From Octopus vulgaris (Eukaryota), in the NCBI GenBank assembly GCA_951406725.2, contig OX597826.1, forward strand, positions 58,900,001 to 58,964,000: a stretch of 64,000 bases of DNA, read 5' to 3'. A program made the translations under genes and the position numbers. Each line of letters opens with the position of its first letter. The first letter of the stretch is position 1. Shown here piece after piece: positions 27,849-42,315 of the stretch. Below the pieces are notes generated by a model that worked only from the letters and a program-made list of their open reading frames with translations, made no database searches and was not told where the DNA came from.

Positions 27849-28301
27849 GTGGTGTAATTTCCATACGAGACTGTCACGTTAAGTTGACAGTATACAACCA
27901 CACTATCGCTCCACCACCGCTCTTTTCTCTTTGAGACATTTAGAAATTTAATATTTCTGAATACGGTAACCAGTGAATAGATTTCACTGTAAATATATAT
28001 ATTTTTGAAAGCTGGACAGGCACCTCAGTCAGCAGATCTCACTATCCTGGGCTGATGACGGGTTAAGACCCAGAAACATGCATGTCCTCAGGTGTGAATC
28101 TTGGCTGGTATGGGTGCTTGCCTCTACTTCACAAATGGAAGGACACAGAAAATGTGTCAAAGCCGACAGGAAGCGTTCGATGCTTCCTAGTGGTGTAATT
28201 CCCATACGGGACTGTAACGTTAAGTTGACAGTATACAACCACTCTATCACTCCACCACCGCTCATGTCTCTTTGAGACATTTAGAAATTTAATATTTCTG
28301 A
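27849..28301 (+). mobile_element. Retrozyme-like element: 341-nt monomer plus 112-nt direct repeat
   Basis: 27849-27960 repeated at 28190-28301; canonical HHR inside; between (GA)n and (TA)n; no meaningful ORF. Confidence 0.8.
28046..28092 (+). ncRNA. Canonical type I hammerhead ribozyme
   Basis: CCTGGG-CTGATGA-C-GGGT(TAAG)ACCC-A-GAA-ACATGCATGT-C-CTCAGG; GUC site, predicted cleavage after 28086; helix I extends via TCAC/GTGA. Confidence 0.9.
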
Positions 28302-28833
28302 TATATATATATATATGTATGTATGTACATGTATGAATTTATGCGTATTTGTATATATACATCGTGTATATGTGTATGTGTGTGCTAACATGTGTTCATG
28401 TATGTTTGAATATATCAATAATATACAATCATGCCCTGACGTCAGCAGCAAATCTTTATTAGAAAATATAAACCAACTTTGTAGATAATAGAAACAATTA
28501 GCGTTATATATTCCAACCACTGTCAGAAAATAGGGGACAGAAAGATATAATAGATATACAAAGGATTAATTGAATTGACCCCTTTTTTCACATTTCACTA
28601 ACTTTAAAAAGAAGTCGTATGCATAATCATATAAAATATATAACAAAGACCCGAAATGATGTATATATATAATAAATAACGAATTAGCCGTGAAAATATC
28701 AGTGTTGCGTGTTTTATTTATGACAAGGAAATAAAGAAATAGATAAATAGAACACCTAGAAAATAGGTCAGTATTGTGTTTAATAGGTAGATTAATAGAT
28801 GAAGAATAGGATTGATACATGTATGTGTGTATA

Positions 28834-28895
<62 letters not shown>

Positions 28896-29023
28896 TATAT
28901 ATGTATATATGTTTATATATATATATATATACATATTATATATTTATGTATACATATATAAATATATATACAGAAATATATATACATAAATGTGTATATA
29001 TGTATGTGTGTGTGTGTGTGTGT

Positions 29024-29320
29024 AATATGGAACAAAAATGCAATAAAGGACAGTAAAACAATCGGACAGATAGAGGTTTCAAAGACGGACAGGAAATCAA
29101 CAATTACAAGGACAGGGAAAAAAGGGGACGGGGTATTCTTGGCCTTCTTTCTTCAGTCAAGTTACCAGATGTCCTTACAGTTTCGGGAAGTCATACTTGA
29201 GAATTTTCGATCTGATAGTCTCCCAAAATGTCTAAGATAAGCGCATTAAATTTTTTTTGTAAGAAAGCTAAAAATGTGTACGGCAACAAAGACAAAAAAC
29301 GGAGAATATAACAACAGGTG
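29024..29320 (-). mobile_element. Interspersed repeat (Penelope-terminus-like) linking the fragments at 24826 and 44240
   Basis: Left part similar to 24826-24950; right part similar to the reverse complement of 44240-44360. Confidence 0.5.
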
Positions 29321-29685
29321 CCTTTCGTGTGAGGATGAATGAAATTGACCTGGCGTGTATAAAGTGAAAGCCTAAAGGCAGGAACAAATGAGATAAACAT
29401 AAGAGGTGTTAGCAACCGGAAGTCAGGCCAAGAAAGAAAGATCATGGCTGGCCGGACATCGGTCACGTGGATGGAGGAGAGAGGGATGGGGGGCAGCGGG
29501 ATTGAAGGATTAGAAAAATATCAAAGAGACAAAGGGAAAGGTACAGGGGAGATAAACGAGGAGGAAAAGCGGAAGTTAAAGAAAGAGAGGGCCAAGAAAT
29601 GTATGAGAGAGGGGGAGCAGGATAAAGAAAAGAGGAAGAAAATATGAGGAGTACCAAAAGCGTGCATATATATATATATATATAT

Positions 29686-29882
29686 ATTTATTTTATAGAA
29701 GGAGCTTCTACAGGACTAGAACTGTTTCATTCAAAAGAAACTCAAGAAGCTCCATTTGATGATTTCTTTTGAATGAAACAGTTCTAGTCCTGTAGACGCT
29801 CCTTCTATAAAATAAATTAATTTACTCTGCTATGTATTGAGTACCTTATTTACTGTGGTTAACCCCGACTCAAACCGGGACC

Positions 29883-29885
<3 letters not shown>
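29686..29885. mobile_element. Fold-back element in (TA)n, arms 29686-29740 / 29763-29817
   Basis: Near-perfect inverted arms; degenerate TTGATGA..GAAAC motif at the right arm start. Confidence 0.65.
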
Positions 29886-29944
<59 letters not shown>

Positions 29945-30746
29945 ATGTGTGTATGAATAGGTTGAATTATATTTCGTCCTTGAATCTTGAAGGTTCCATA
30001 GGGCGATTTCTAACTGGCGTAAAATTTATGCGAATATGAAATTATTACATTTATAGAGTGTGTTATGAGAATTTATGGAAAATATCCCATAGAAACTCGA
30101 CAAATATGTTAAAAATGGAGAAGAGAAAATGTTAAAATTTGAAAGAATTTTGATATATGCATACGATCATTTTGAACAGCGATATTAGCATGTAAATAAC
30201 AAGGTAGAATAATTAAAATTAATTTGATTAAATTAAATTAACTACATATCACTGTTCGCCTCAGTGCAAGAAATATACAAGAAAAATCATTCTTATTACA
30301 GAAGACTTGATGAAGGAAATAGCAGATAACAAATTCGGATATATATATTTTTCTTTATGAAAAATTGAGAGCATACTAAAGAATGTTGTTGAGTCTTGTT
30401 GTGTATAAACTAAAACTGATGTAGCTAACGGTTATTTGAAAATATAAGTGAAAGATGTTTAAGAGACGTTCCCTCTATATAATATGTAGATAAGTAATTT
30501 AAACTCCAAATAAGTTATTTATCGTAGGAATTACTTTTTATTAAACTTAAATAATATCCCCGCCTAGTTTGATTTTTATATCATTTCCCTTTTCTTTCTA
30601 ATATCTCTATTTAAAAAAAAATATCTCTATATATATTAACCCTTTATATGGTATTAAATTATTAATCATCAAATACTCTACGCATCAATTCATCTTATAC
30701 TATATGGATATATATTTATTATTTAACTATCTCCCCTATAATTACA

Positions 30747-31020
30747 CGTGGAGGCACATGGCCGATTGGTTAGAGTAGCAGACTCGCGGTCGAGGGAACA
30801 CGGATTTGATTCTCAGACCGGGCGATGTGTGTTTATGAGCGAAACACCTAAGCTCCACGCAGCTGTCTCTTTCACCACAACTTTCTCTCACTCTTTCCTC
30901 CTGCATATTCCAGCTCACCTGCGACGGACCGGCGTCCCGTCCAGGTAGGGAACCTATACGCCAAGGAAACCGGGAAACCGGCCCTTATGAGCCAGGCATG
31001 GATTGAGAAGGAACAAACAA
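30747..31020 (+). mobile_element. SINE family A variant
   Basis: TSD CCTATAATTACA 30735-30746 / 31021-31032; similar to the 13066 copy. Confidence 0.85.
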
Positions 31021-32302
31021 CCTATAATTACATGACCCACCTTATATTGGTCTAACATCTTCTCCAAATTTCCATACACCTCCCTTTGTCTCCGTGTATT
31101 CTTATATCTTCCCTTAGTATAAAACATACCTTTCTTTTTTGTAATTTATTTCATTTGCATATGCACTTATAACCTCACTTCTCTTACCTATTCCAATTAT
31201 TATTGTTTAATGTTATCTGCCAATCTTCTTGATATTTAGTTACATCTTGCAGCTGATCTGATAACTGCAAACACCTATAATACTTCTGGGTGTCCAGCTT
31301 GCCTACAGCAATGTGTGCATTTGTAGATATCGTTTTATTTCCCATCATGTGTCTACATCTATTTTTATTTATCTTATATTACTTTTTATATTTATTTTTA
31401 TTAACATTGATATTATTATTACTATTGTGTGCTTATTAAATATATGTTATCACCAATTTATAAGTTTTTAATAAATCGGGTGCACATATACGTATGTCCT
31501 ACACTCACAAACACACATATACATATGTATATATATACACCGCTATACACCCTCAAATAATACAACTTGAAAAACAGCTAGAATACATAAACCCATGTAT
31601 ATTAATTCGCAGATATGTTCTCTGCAAATTAATTAGTATATACGATAAAATTATTTTGCTTTGTAAGATTTTTATATATGAATTATTTTCGTATACTTCA
31701 GTATACTATGTGCACCCACTACTCCATAAATAAATAAATATTGTATCTTATATTATTCACAATACATAATAACATTATAATAGTTACTCATTACTTACAT
31801 AATATCATTATATATTTCTCTCTCATTTTATACCAAGGTAGATTCTCAACATTTTTATTTATACACATAGTCAATGTACTAAATATCGATAATCTTAAAA
31901 CAATTTTTACTACCTTGTTCCAGCATTATCTCCCCTACATTGTTAATTTTCAGTCTTATATTATACCTATGAACGTTCTTTTAATATTTTTTGCCACAGC
32001 AAATTAATAACTGTTTTACCGAATTTTATTTTTTTACCTAATATTTAATACACACAAATAAATGTAAGTTCTTTCACTACTAAAATTTACATTATATGTA
32101 ACTATTCAAGTATTTGTACTAACTCTTGTTTTCGTTGCATTCTAGCAGCCTACTATACAACTAATTTATAAACGCAACATGTTTTACCAACACCATCATA
32201 ATTATTGGTAAAACATGTTCTCTGTCTATCTCCTTATCCTCTTGCAGATTTTGGTTAAAATCGTACTAATGTATCATTAATTTAATTAAATTTTATGTCT
32301 TT

Positions 32303-32396
32303 ATGCAGCTGATGATTGCTCTACATTTTAAATTGATATAATGAAATGATTGCACTGTTCAATTAAATGGAGTCGCATGAAACAATCGTACTGCAT
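32303..32396 (+). ncRNA. Type I hammerhead ribozyme with long helix II
   Basis: ATGCAG-CTGATGA-(~63 nt stem-loop incl. CATTTTAAATTGA/TCAATTAAATG)-GAAAC-AATC-GTA-CTGCAT; 6-bp helix I. Confidence 0.7.
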
Positions 32397-32606
32397 TACC
32401 TCTGCATATACTTGTTGCTTATTTTGATTTTAATCATTTTTTTTGAAATTGTATGGATAATACCATATTAAATTCTGGTGCCTCAACTTAAGTACCATAT
32501 TCATCTGAATCTAAATTATATATATTTATCTATAGCGATAATAAATCTCTGAGCGAGATATGAATAGTAGCAACACCACATCAAAGTATATTTACCACCT
32601 AATATA

Positions 32607-32658
<52 letters not shown>

Positions 32659-32690
32659 ATATATATATAAGAGAGAGAGAGATGCATATA

Positions 32691-32753
<63 letters not shown>

Positions 32754-33233
32754 ACACACACGTGTGAGTGAGTGTGTGTGTGTATGTGTGCGTGCGCGTG
32801 CGTGTGTGCGTGTGTATGATCAGAAAGAATCGCCTACGCATGCTAACGTTGAGTAGAAAATCGAGCATGCAGGCACGCACACACGTGCACTCAACCCTCC
32901 CGCTTATACATACATAAAATTCACATTCTCGTACGTACGTACATACGTAATAACACTAATAATTTCTTGAGTTACGTCCACATTCGAAGAGAGCGACGTA
33001 AATAAATGGTTGATATGAAAGTAGGGGAGCAAAATATATAAGACAATTTAGGAAGTCAACTGCACAGAGAAATATTTCAAATAATTTATAAGTCTTAGAC
33101 AATGTGTTAGTGTTGGAACGATGAAACTGGAATATAAAGACATTCAATCTAATATCAAAATAAATTCGCCAGTCGCACTATATTTTCTCATCGTTTTCAG
33201 TTATACATATATATATATATGTGTGTGTGTGTC

Positions 33234-33282
<49 letters not shown>

Positions 33283-33283
33283 C

Positions 33284-33352
<69 letters not shown>

Positions 33353-33498
33353 TTAACTACCTATATAAATAACTACCTGTCTGACTACACACACACATAC
33401 AAGCACACTCACAGACATGTATATATATATACTGATATAGATATAGCTATAGATATGTATCAATATATATGTATAAGAATATATGTGAATATATACAT

Positions 33499-33577
<79 letters not shown>

Positions 33578-34049
33578 TATAGATACACAGTCAGTTAAAT
33601 ATGTATAGCTATCAATGTGTGTATGTATATATAATTTGATACATATATGTGTGCGTGTGCGTGTGTGTGTGTATGCATATATAGATATATATATGTGTGT
33701 GTGTGTGCGTGTGTATGTACGTATATATGGGTTTATGTTACTAAGCATACAATCATGGATGTAGGTCCATGTGAGAGAATTTCTTTTCGCTTCCATGTGC
33801 ATGTGTGTGTGTGTGTGTGTATGTGTGCGCGAGTGTATGTGCGTGTGTGTGGCATGTGTCCGTTCTCTTAACATTCGATTTTATGTTCTATCACAAGACG
33901 CAGGTGAAAATTTTTTAACAAATCCTTAATTATATATTTTGAGAAATATTCTTGAAATATGCCTCCAAATATACATATATTGTATCATATGGGCATATAT
34001 ATACATACATATATGTATGGGTATGTGTATGCGTATATAAATATAAATG

Positions 34050-34152
<103 letters not shown>

Positions 34153-34360
34153 ACATATGTATATATATTTATACATGCATATACAAGCGCGTGCGCTCAC
34201 ATATACTCACGTAGATAGCCATTGGTATTCCACATAAATATATGCATTTTATCAAGAAACAGCGCAATAACACTTAACCAGTTAGAACATTTAGACTTGC
34301 AACTTGAGGTTCATAAAATCTGTGTTTGAAATTAGAAGTCCACACACACACATACACACA

Positions 34361-34440
<80 letters not shown>

Positions 34441-34599
34441 GCTTACTGGTTAAGCACGGTCACTTTCACATTGATCGTTATGTATATGGATGGATGCTAG
34501 ATGTGTCGAAACAATTGTCGGGATTAATATATATGTAAGATGTTGAGATGACAAGGGAATGAACAATTATGATATGAACTTCTTTAGTTTACAGTTATT

Positions 34600-34694
<95 letters not shown>

Positions 34695-35730
34695 AATAGA
34701 TATCGATTTATGCATATATATATATGTATTGATATATATATATATGTGTGTGTATGTATATATGTATGTATGTATGTATAAATATATATATATATTTATG
34801 TATATATACATATACATATATGTGTGTGTGTATGCATGTATGTATGTATGCATATGTATGTATGTATGTATGTATGTATGTGTGTATATATGTATATATA
34901 TACTCACAATGCATGTGTATATGTCATGTGTATTCGGGTGTGTAATATGAGTGTGTATGCGTGTGTGTGTGTACGTGTGTATGTGTGTGTACACGCATAA
35001 TCATATATATATATATACATTTAAGGTTGAAGATAAAGAAAAAACCCTTAGCTAGTGTTATACAGATAGAAAGATATAAAGATAGATAAACGCGAGAGTA
35101 AGATATGAGTGTTGTGTGACATGTACATCTACGAAATTAGGTCTGTGTATGGGATTTTTATTTTGTGAGTAAGTACGCTTCGGTGGGTATTTTCCTTGGA
35201 TAGGTGTGAAATGTAGCGTAACAAACACCTGCATGGGTACAAAAGCGAAGGAATAAAACTCCACCTTTGTACCCCGAAGGATCTTTAAGGGTATTATTTC
35301 CTTTACGTTGATTTCTTCTGCCAGGTTGCATAATGGATACAGTCCCATTCACACACATACCAATGTGTGTATGTGTGTGTGTATGTGTGCGTGTGTATAT
35401 ATACTTATAAACATATATATGTATACATATATGTATATATATATATGTGTGTATATATGTGTGTGTGTACATATATATACATATATATATATATGTATGT
35501 GTATATATGTATATGTAATATATATATGTACATATATATACATACATACATAGATACATGCATAGAAATCATATTTATATAGACATATAATGTGAGAAGA
35601 TATGCGTGTGTGTATTTGTGTGTGTGTAGATAAGTAGACATAGATATATTCACTCACAAATATATAGGCCAAAGTCTATAAAATATATTTTTTTAACGGT
35701 ATCACTTATCTCTGAATGAGTATATCTATG

Positions 35731-35763
<33 letters not shown>

Positions 35764-36219
35764 ATCTATCTATCTGTCTATCTATCAATATCTATCTGTT
35801 TATGTATCTACATACATATACATGTAAAACATATAAATATATATGTATATATACACATATACACATATAGTTGTATGTGTAGACATATATATATATATAT
35901 GTATATATGCTCATATATATAAATGTATGTAGGTATATATTTTGTACATGAGTAGGAATATATTTTGTATATGAGTATAGACATGTCCACCAAGCTCACA
36001 TTACTACCATGGTATCACGTGTTTGTCTCAGTTCTCGAACTTTGCCTTAACGATAGTAGTTTGTCGTTTGTGGTTGTTCTATTTTCCGACATTTTGTAGT
36101 CAGTCAATTTGATGTCGAATCATAATTTCAGACTGGTGCACATTCATCCGTTCTCTACTTTGCGGAACCGCTAATTTTGAGGAATTGAATGAATACTTCG
36201 CGGGAGAGGTTAACTAGTA

Positions 36220-36690
36220 CTTACTTTATCGACCCCAAGGCGAGGAAAGGCGATTCTGCCAGCTCACCGCCTAATGATGATGATGATGATGACGGTGATA
36301 CTGATAATAATATTCATTTCAATTTTTTTTGCCGCAAGAGTAGCTTGGGTGAGATAGAGATGAGTCAATTACATCGACCTCAGTGTTCAACAGGTACTAA
36401 TTCTATCGACACCCGAAAGGATGAAAGTCAAAGTCGACCTCGGTGGAATTTGAACTCAGAACGTAGCGACGGGCGAAATACCTATTTATTTACTACCCAC
36501 AAGGGGCTAAACACAGAGAGGGCAAACAAGGACAGACAAACGGATTATTCGATTATTCTATAACTGGATCGACCCGAAAGGATGAAAGTCAAAGTCGACC
36601 TCGGTGGAATTTGAACTCAGAACGTAGCGACGGGCGAAATACCGTTGAGCATTTCTTCCAGCATGCTAACCATTCTGCCAGGTCACCGCT
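36220..36690 (-). mobile_element. Tandem/nested SINE family C copies
   Basis: CCCGAAAGGATGAAAGTCAAAGTCGACCTCGGTGGAATTTGAACTCAGAACGTAGCGACGGGCGAAATACC duplicated at ~36412 and ~36573. Confidence 0.75.
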
Positions 36691-36799
36691 TTTTAATCTT
36701 TCGGGGACGCTAAAATAAGTACCTCTGATCGACTCATCCCCTCCCCCCAAATGGCTTCTTTTGTGCCATTATTCGAAATCATCATCATCATCATCATCA

Positions 36800-36856
<57 letters not shown>

Positions 36857-37241
36857 TCTTCTATTTGTTTCAGTGGTTTGACTGCGGCCATCCTGGAGCA
36901 CCGCCGTTAGTCGAACAATTCGACCCCAGGACTTATTCTTTGTAAGCCTAGTACTTATTCTATCGGTCACTTTTGCCGAACCGCTAGGTTACGGAGGCGT
37001 GAGCACACGAACATCGGTTGTCAAGTGGTGGTGGGGGGACAAACACAGACACACAAACATATATATATATATATATATGTACGACGGGCTTCTTTCAGTT
37101 TCCGTCTACCAGATCCCCACATAAGGCATTGGTTGAACAGAGGTTATAGAAGAAGCTACTTGCACAAGGTGCCACGCAGTGGGACTGAACCCGGAATCAT
37201 GTGGCTGGTAAGCAAGCTACTTACCACACAGCCACTCCTGC
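36857..37241 (-). mobile_element. SINE family B, flanked by (ATT)n
   Basis: Matches 934-1369. Confidence 0.85.
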
Positions 37242-37252
37242 ACGTGTTGTTG

Positions 37253-37374
<122 letters not shown>

Positions 37375-39077
37375 TCTGTTTATCATAGTATTTGTTGGAA
37401 CTCCTGGAGTCTTACATGCGAAGTGGCCTTACTACCTGCAGCCTATTCATTCTTTTCAGCTACCTGTGTTACGTTGAAACTGGTTAGATGCGTTCTTTCA
37501 TACCTACCCTGCAATGTCATCTAAAATTAACCAATCACATGCTGGGATTCTCGAAGCTATAAAATAATGCATGATTAATTCTAAAGAATGTGAATAAACA
37601 AGCATTACCTGTTACAGAGTAATCTGGATGCAAATTGTTAATAAATTCTGGCATTCTAAAATGATTAAACTTCAGCGAGGTTTACCTAGTAAATTTATTT
37701 GATATTCTTGTAAATTTTGTGAAATCAGATTTGATTTAGAAATCATATAGCTGCACTTTTAACATGTACTGAATGTCATGGTTAAATTTGACAACGCTAT
37801 TCACTGAGGGCAATCAGTTGTGTGGCAAATATTGATTTCATTTGGTCATTTGTGATAGTATTTTCAAGAAAACTGATTCAAATTTCGATGGAGCTTATTT
37901 TCAAACGACTTTGCAGATTCGACGGTCAGTTTAATGATTCAAGGTAAGACGATGATCAAAGTGTAGGTTGTGAAGTTACGAATGTAGTTGAGAACAATAT
38001 TGATCTACAGGAATTTACGTGAGGGACATATGAGTTTAGTAGGAAGTTTACTTTCAAATTGCATGTTTTTAGGCACAGTTCCACTGCGTGGCAACTTGGG
38101 CAAGTGTCGTCTAATATACCATATATCCTCGAGCTAACCAACGCTTTGTGTGTATGTGTGTGCATATCTGCGTGTGTGCATGTGTGTGTGTGTTGAAGGT
38201 CGTTCCACTGGAAAAAGTTCAAACACTGGCAATGTCAAAGTATTGTTGATGGTGTTGTCCTTGCTTTGTCCTAAATTAGCTCTGATTAAGCAGATATATT
38301 TTCATATGAATTCCTGCAATCACCACGATGTCCTTTATTCAGACATAAATGTGTCTTGGCCTAAATAATCTAATGTGTACATCTTATTTCTATGATTACA
38401 TTCAATTGTAATTTTGAAGAGACTTAGCAGTTATATCTACTAAGTCGAAGTACCACGGAGCCACCCCATCATTTTAATCTCCTTTGATCAGATTTATTAT
38501 TATATAAAATTTGTACTCGTATTTTCATACGAAACAGAACCATTTTACGGATATTTGGCTGCTACTTCTAGCATATCATCCGATCATATTCAAGCCCATT
38601 TCGTTTTCTCATCGTTAGTAAGTTATAAGGGTAAGGTTTACTTACGACTAAATAGTTTCCGGTCAACATGTTGTCATCAATGCTTGTAGCAAATGTTAAA
38701 CGTGACAGAAGCGGAAATTATCAAATCTCCATTATTTCTAAAGATAACATAGAATAATGGAGGACATTGCTGCTGAAATAAAAGTGCTGAGATTCTGGTT
38801 TAAAGAGTGTTGCATTCTTTCGGCAACGACATGCGAATTAAATTAACTAATTTATATATTTGCAATGTAACCGCGTCGATAAGATGCTAATTATCCGTGT
38901 ACATCGTTGCGTGGTGTATTGTGGTATACGTGTGTATGTGTCTGTCAATGCGTGTATGATCTATTCAATTACCTGTTCATTGAAATAACATGGAGATCGG
39001 CTGGGAATTCCACAGACTCAGGTAGACTTAATGTAATTCTCAGGTACAACCAGCGTGACATGCATGTACGTACATAA

Positions 39078-39176
<99 letters not shown>

Positions 39177-39239
39177 AGTGTGTATGTATTTGGGCTTTAG
39201 AAACACATGTGCACAATTGTTTTGAAACTGCCAAAACAT

Positions 39240-39600
39240 ACAGGTGGGCCTGTGTGTGTGTGGTAAGAAGATTGCTTCTCAATCTTAATGTTTCTGGGTT
39301 CAGAACCCACTGCGTCGCACCTCGAGCCCGTGGCTGCCACTATTGCCCGGAGCCGACCAAATCCGTGTGAGTGAATTTGGATGGCGAAAACTAAAAGAAG
39401 CCCGTTGTATATGTGTGTGTGTCTGTGTTTGTTTTACTCCATTCACTGCCATCGCTTGCTGAGGTGTGTTGGTATGTTTACGTCCGAGTAGCCTAGCGGT
39501 TCAACAATGGTAGCAAATAAAACAAGTACCAGGTTTTTAAACGATAAATGTTAGGGGCGATTAGTTTGACTAAGCCCCCAGCATGAATGAAACCAGGAAA
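39240..39600 (+). mobile_element. SINE family B, old diverged copy
   Basis: TGTGGTAAGAAG..GGGTTCAG..CCGACCAAA..AAAGAAGCCCGTTGTATAT. Confidence 0.65.
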
Positions 39601-39852
39601 AAATAAAAGTTTTAATCTTATAATCTCCCATCTCACACCCATATTCACAAAATACCATTTGTTTCACCTTCATTGAGAAATCAATAAACATGTTCTATTG
39701 AGATATTGTTAATGTATACACATTCAAAGATGTAATTCCTTTTATTCTATTCATGGCGTGAAATGGTAAATTTTTGTAGTTCTTTTCGAGAATGGTTGGA
39801 TTTAGTTTCGCTTCCACAGAGCAACAATTTAGGATTACTACATTACTATTAA

Positions 39853-40140
39853 TGGAGGCACATGGCCTAGTGGTTAGAGAAGCGGACTCGCGGGTTCGAA
39901 TCTCAGACCGGGCGATGTGTGTGTTTATGAGCGAAACACCTAAGTTCTACGCGGCTCCGACTGAAGGTAATGGTAAACCTTTGTTGATTCTTTCGCCACT
40001 AGTTTCTCTCATTCTTTCTTCCTGTATCTTGCAGCTCACCTGCGACGGTCCGGCGTCCCGTCCAGGTGGGGAACCTATACGCCAAAGAAACAGGGAAACC
40101 GGCCCTAATGAGCCAGGCATGGCTCGAGAAGAAACAAACA
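39853..40140 (+). mobile_element. SINE family A variant
   Basis: TSD ACATT(A/G)CTATTAA 39840-39852 / 40141-40153. Confidence 0.85.
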
Positions 40141-40383
40141 ACATTGCTATTAACTATAAGATTGACTTAGATTCATGAAGGAGCTGACAAACTTGGTAAT
40201 GTTTGGTGTACTACATCGACCGATTCTAATGAATTGAGATTACCCATGTTCTAAACAGAACAATCGTTTTCTCAATTACTATGATCCAGGGGCTGTAAGG
40301 TAAGGTGCTGGCAACATGACAAGGTTGTTCTTAAAGTGCACTGGAAACTTAGCAAGAAATAGGATCGTTTGTGAACAGATAAG

Positions 40384-40690
40384 TGGTATGACCACATTCC
40401 ATAGGCATTGGCTGAGAATGAGCGAGTGAAGCTCACGTGGGACATGATCACCTTTAAAGACTGTGGAGAATAATCGCCCAGATATCACAATGGTGAAGAA
40501 CGATACACATGAATGGACACACATGATAGACGTCGTTGTTACTTCTAATCAGAATGTTGAAATCTTTGAGAGAGTGAAAGTAGAGAAATACCAGGATTTG
40601 GTGAGGCAGGTACACGAGATACATGAAGTGACATTAAAAATTTACCCTTTTGATATTGATGCACTCGGAACAGTTTTAAACAATCTAGAT
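40384..40690 (+). pseudogene. REL endonuclease fragment of an R4/Dong-like non-LTR retrotransposon
   Basis: WYDHIP*ALAENERVKLTWD..ENNRPDITMV..IDVVVT..KVEKYQDL..P..ALG; PD..D..K..KY pattern. Confidence 0.75.
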
Positions 40691-41504
40691 GCAATGCCAG
40701 ATACATCACTCTTTTTTAAAAATCTTTTTGTTTCAGTCAGACTACAGCATACACGTGATCAGCAAAACAAACTTCACAACTTGCGAAGTAAACACAGCGA
40801 TGTCACTCAGTACATTGCCTTGTGAAAATGCCTGGTAGCTCTCACTGTGCAAGCAACCGTGTGCTGTCATGTGTTGGCGGCCTACAGTACTAGTCCAAGG
40901 ACGTTTTGATATCACCTCGTATATCATGTGAAATTGTTATGCTTACATTTATGCATTCATACGCACACACACTCACGCACATATATGTGTGTGTGTATAT
41001 GCGCATGGGCGTGTGTGCGTGAATATCTGAATATATAGATAAATATACACGCACACACATAAACGACAGACTTCAGCACAGTCTTCGTCTACCTAATTCA
41101 TTCAAAATTCTACTATAGCCTAGGGCTACAGTAGAAGACAATTACCCAAGTTACCGCGTATTCGGACTGATCCTGAAGTCACGTGGTTGGAAAATGAGCT
41201 TTTTGTCCTGTCTGTCGTGCTTGCGACTCTTCTCACACTTCATACATACATACATACATACATACATACATACATACATACATACATACATACATACATA
41301 CATACATGCATGCATGTATGCATTGATACATACATACATACATGCATGTATACATATATACATGCATGCATACATACATACATACATACATACATACATA
41401 CATACATACATACATACATACACACATATATACATACTAACATACATACATACATACATACATACATACATACACACATACATACATACATGCATGCATA
41501 CATG

Positions 41505-42315
41505 TAACGTACTGCCTAAATACCAATATATAATGATTTGGGATAGAGAAGAGAAACTGTGCACAGTTGTGGAAATTAGCTGCCTAGCGGGTATTAATAT
41601 AAAGATGAAGATCAAAGAAAAGAGAGCACATATGCTGAACTATTGAGACATTTGCAGTTACTCTATCCAGATTACAAGTTCAGATTTATACCTTGCAATC
41701 ATTGTGGCCCTGGGATATGTAACACACTGCCTAAATACCAATCTTGAGAAATTAGGCTTCTTAAAACAAGAAAGGAGAAAGCTAATTCAAGGACTACATA
41801 TCCAGTCCATCACTGGAACTGTAAGAATCTGTAAGACTTTCCAGAAATTTATCATTCAAATATGTATGAGCATGTCTAGATATATAACTACATGCATGAG
41901 AATACATACTTAAGACATAAAAATCTGCACATACATATATACCTACCTACCTACCTACCTACCTACCTACCTACCTACCTACCTACCTACCTACCTACCT
42001 ACCTACCTACATACATACATACATACATACATACATACATACATACATACAGACGTACATACACACAATAATACCCTGTTGTTGATGTTGAAATTCCAAT
42101 GAAGGATTCTTGAATCTATGTTAGAAACCGGTTCTTTATTGGCAAGAAATCTTGAAATAAACTGAATAATGTCATACATACATGCATACATACATACATA
42201 CAAAATACCCTGTTGTTGCAGCTGAAATTCCGGAGCATTGGATCAAGATTAGAAACCGGCACTTTCGCACTTTCTCTATTGGCAAGAGATCTTGAAATAA
42301 AACTGAACAATGACA
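41505..42315 (+). mobile_element. 3' end of a REL-type LINE embedded in (TACA)n, with duplicated 3' unit
   Basis: IMIWDREEKLCTVVEISC..KIKEK..YAELLRHLQLLYPDYKFRFIP..ALGYV..ICKTFQKF; ~105-110 bp unit at 42070-42175 and 42204-42315. Confidence 0.7.

Noticed and set aside
31260-31330. Minus-strand YKCTHCCRQAGH zinc-knuckle-like peptide
   Set aside because: Short, followed by a stop, no supporting ORF
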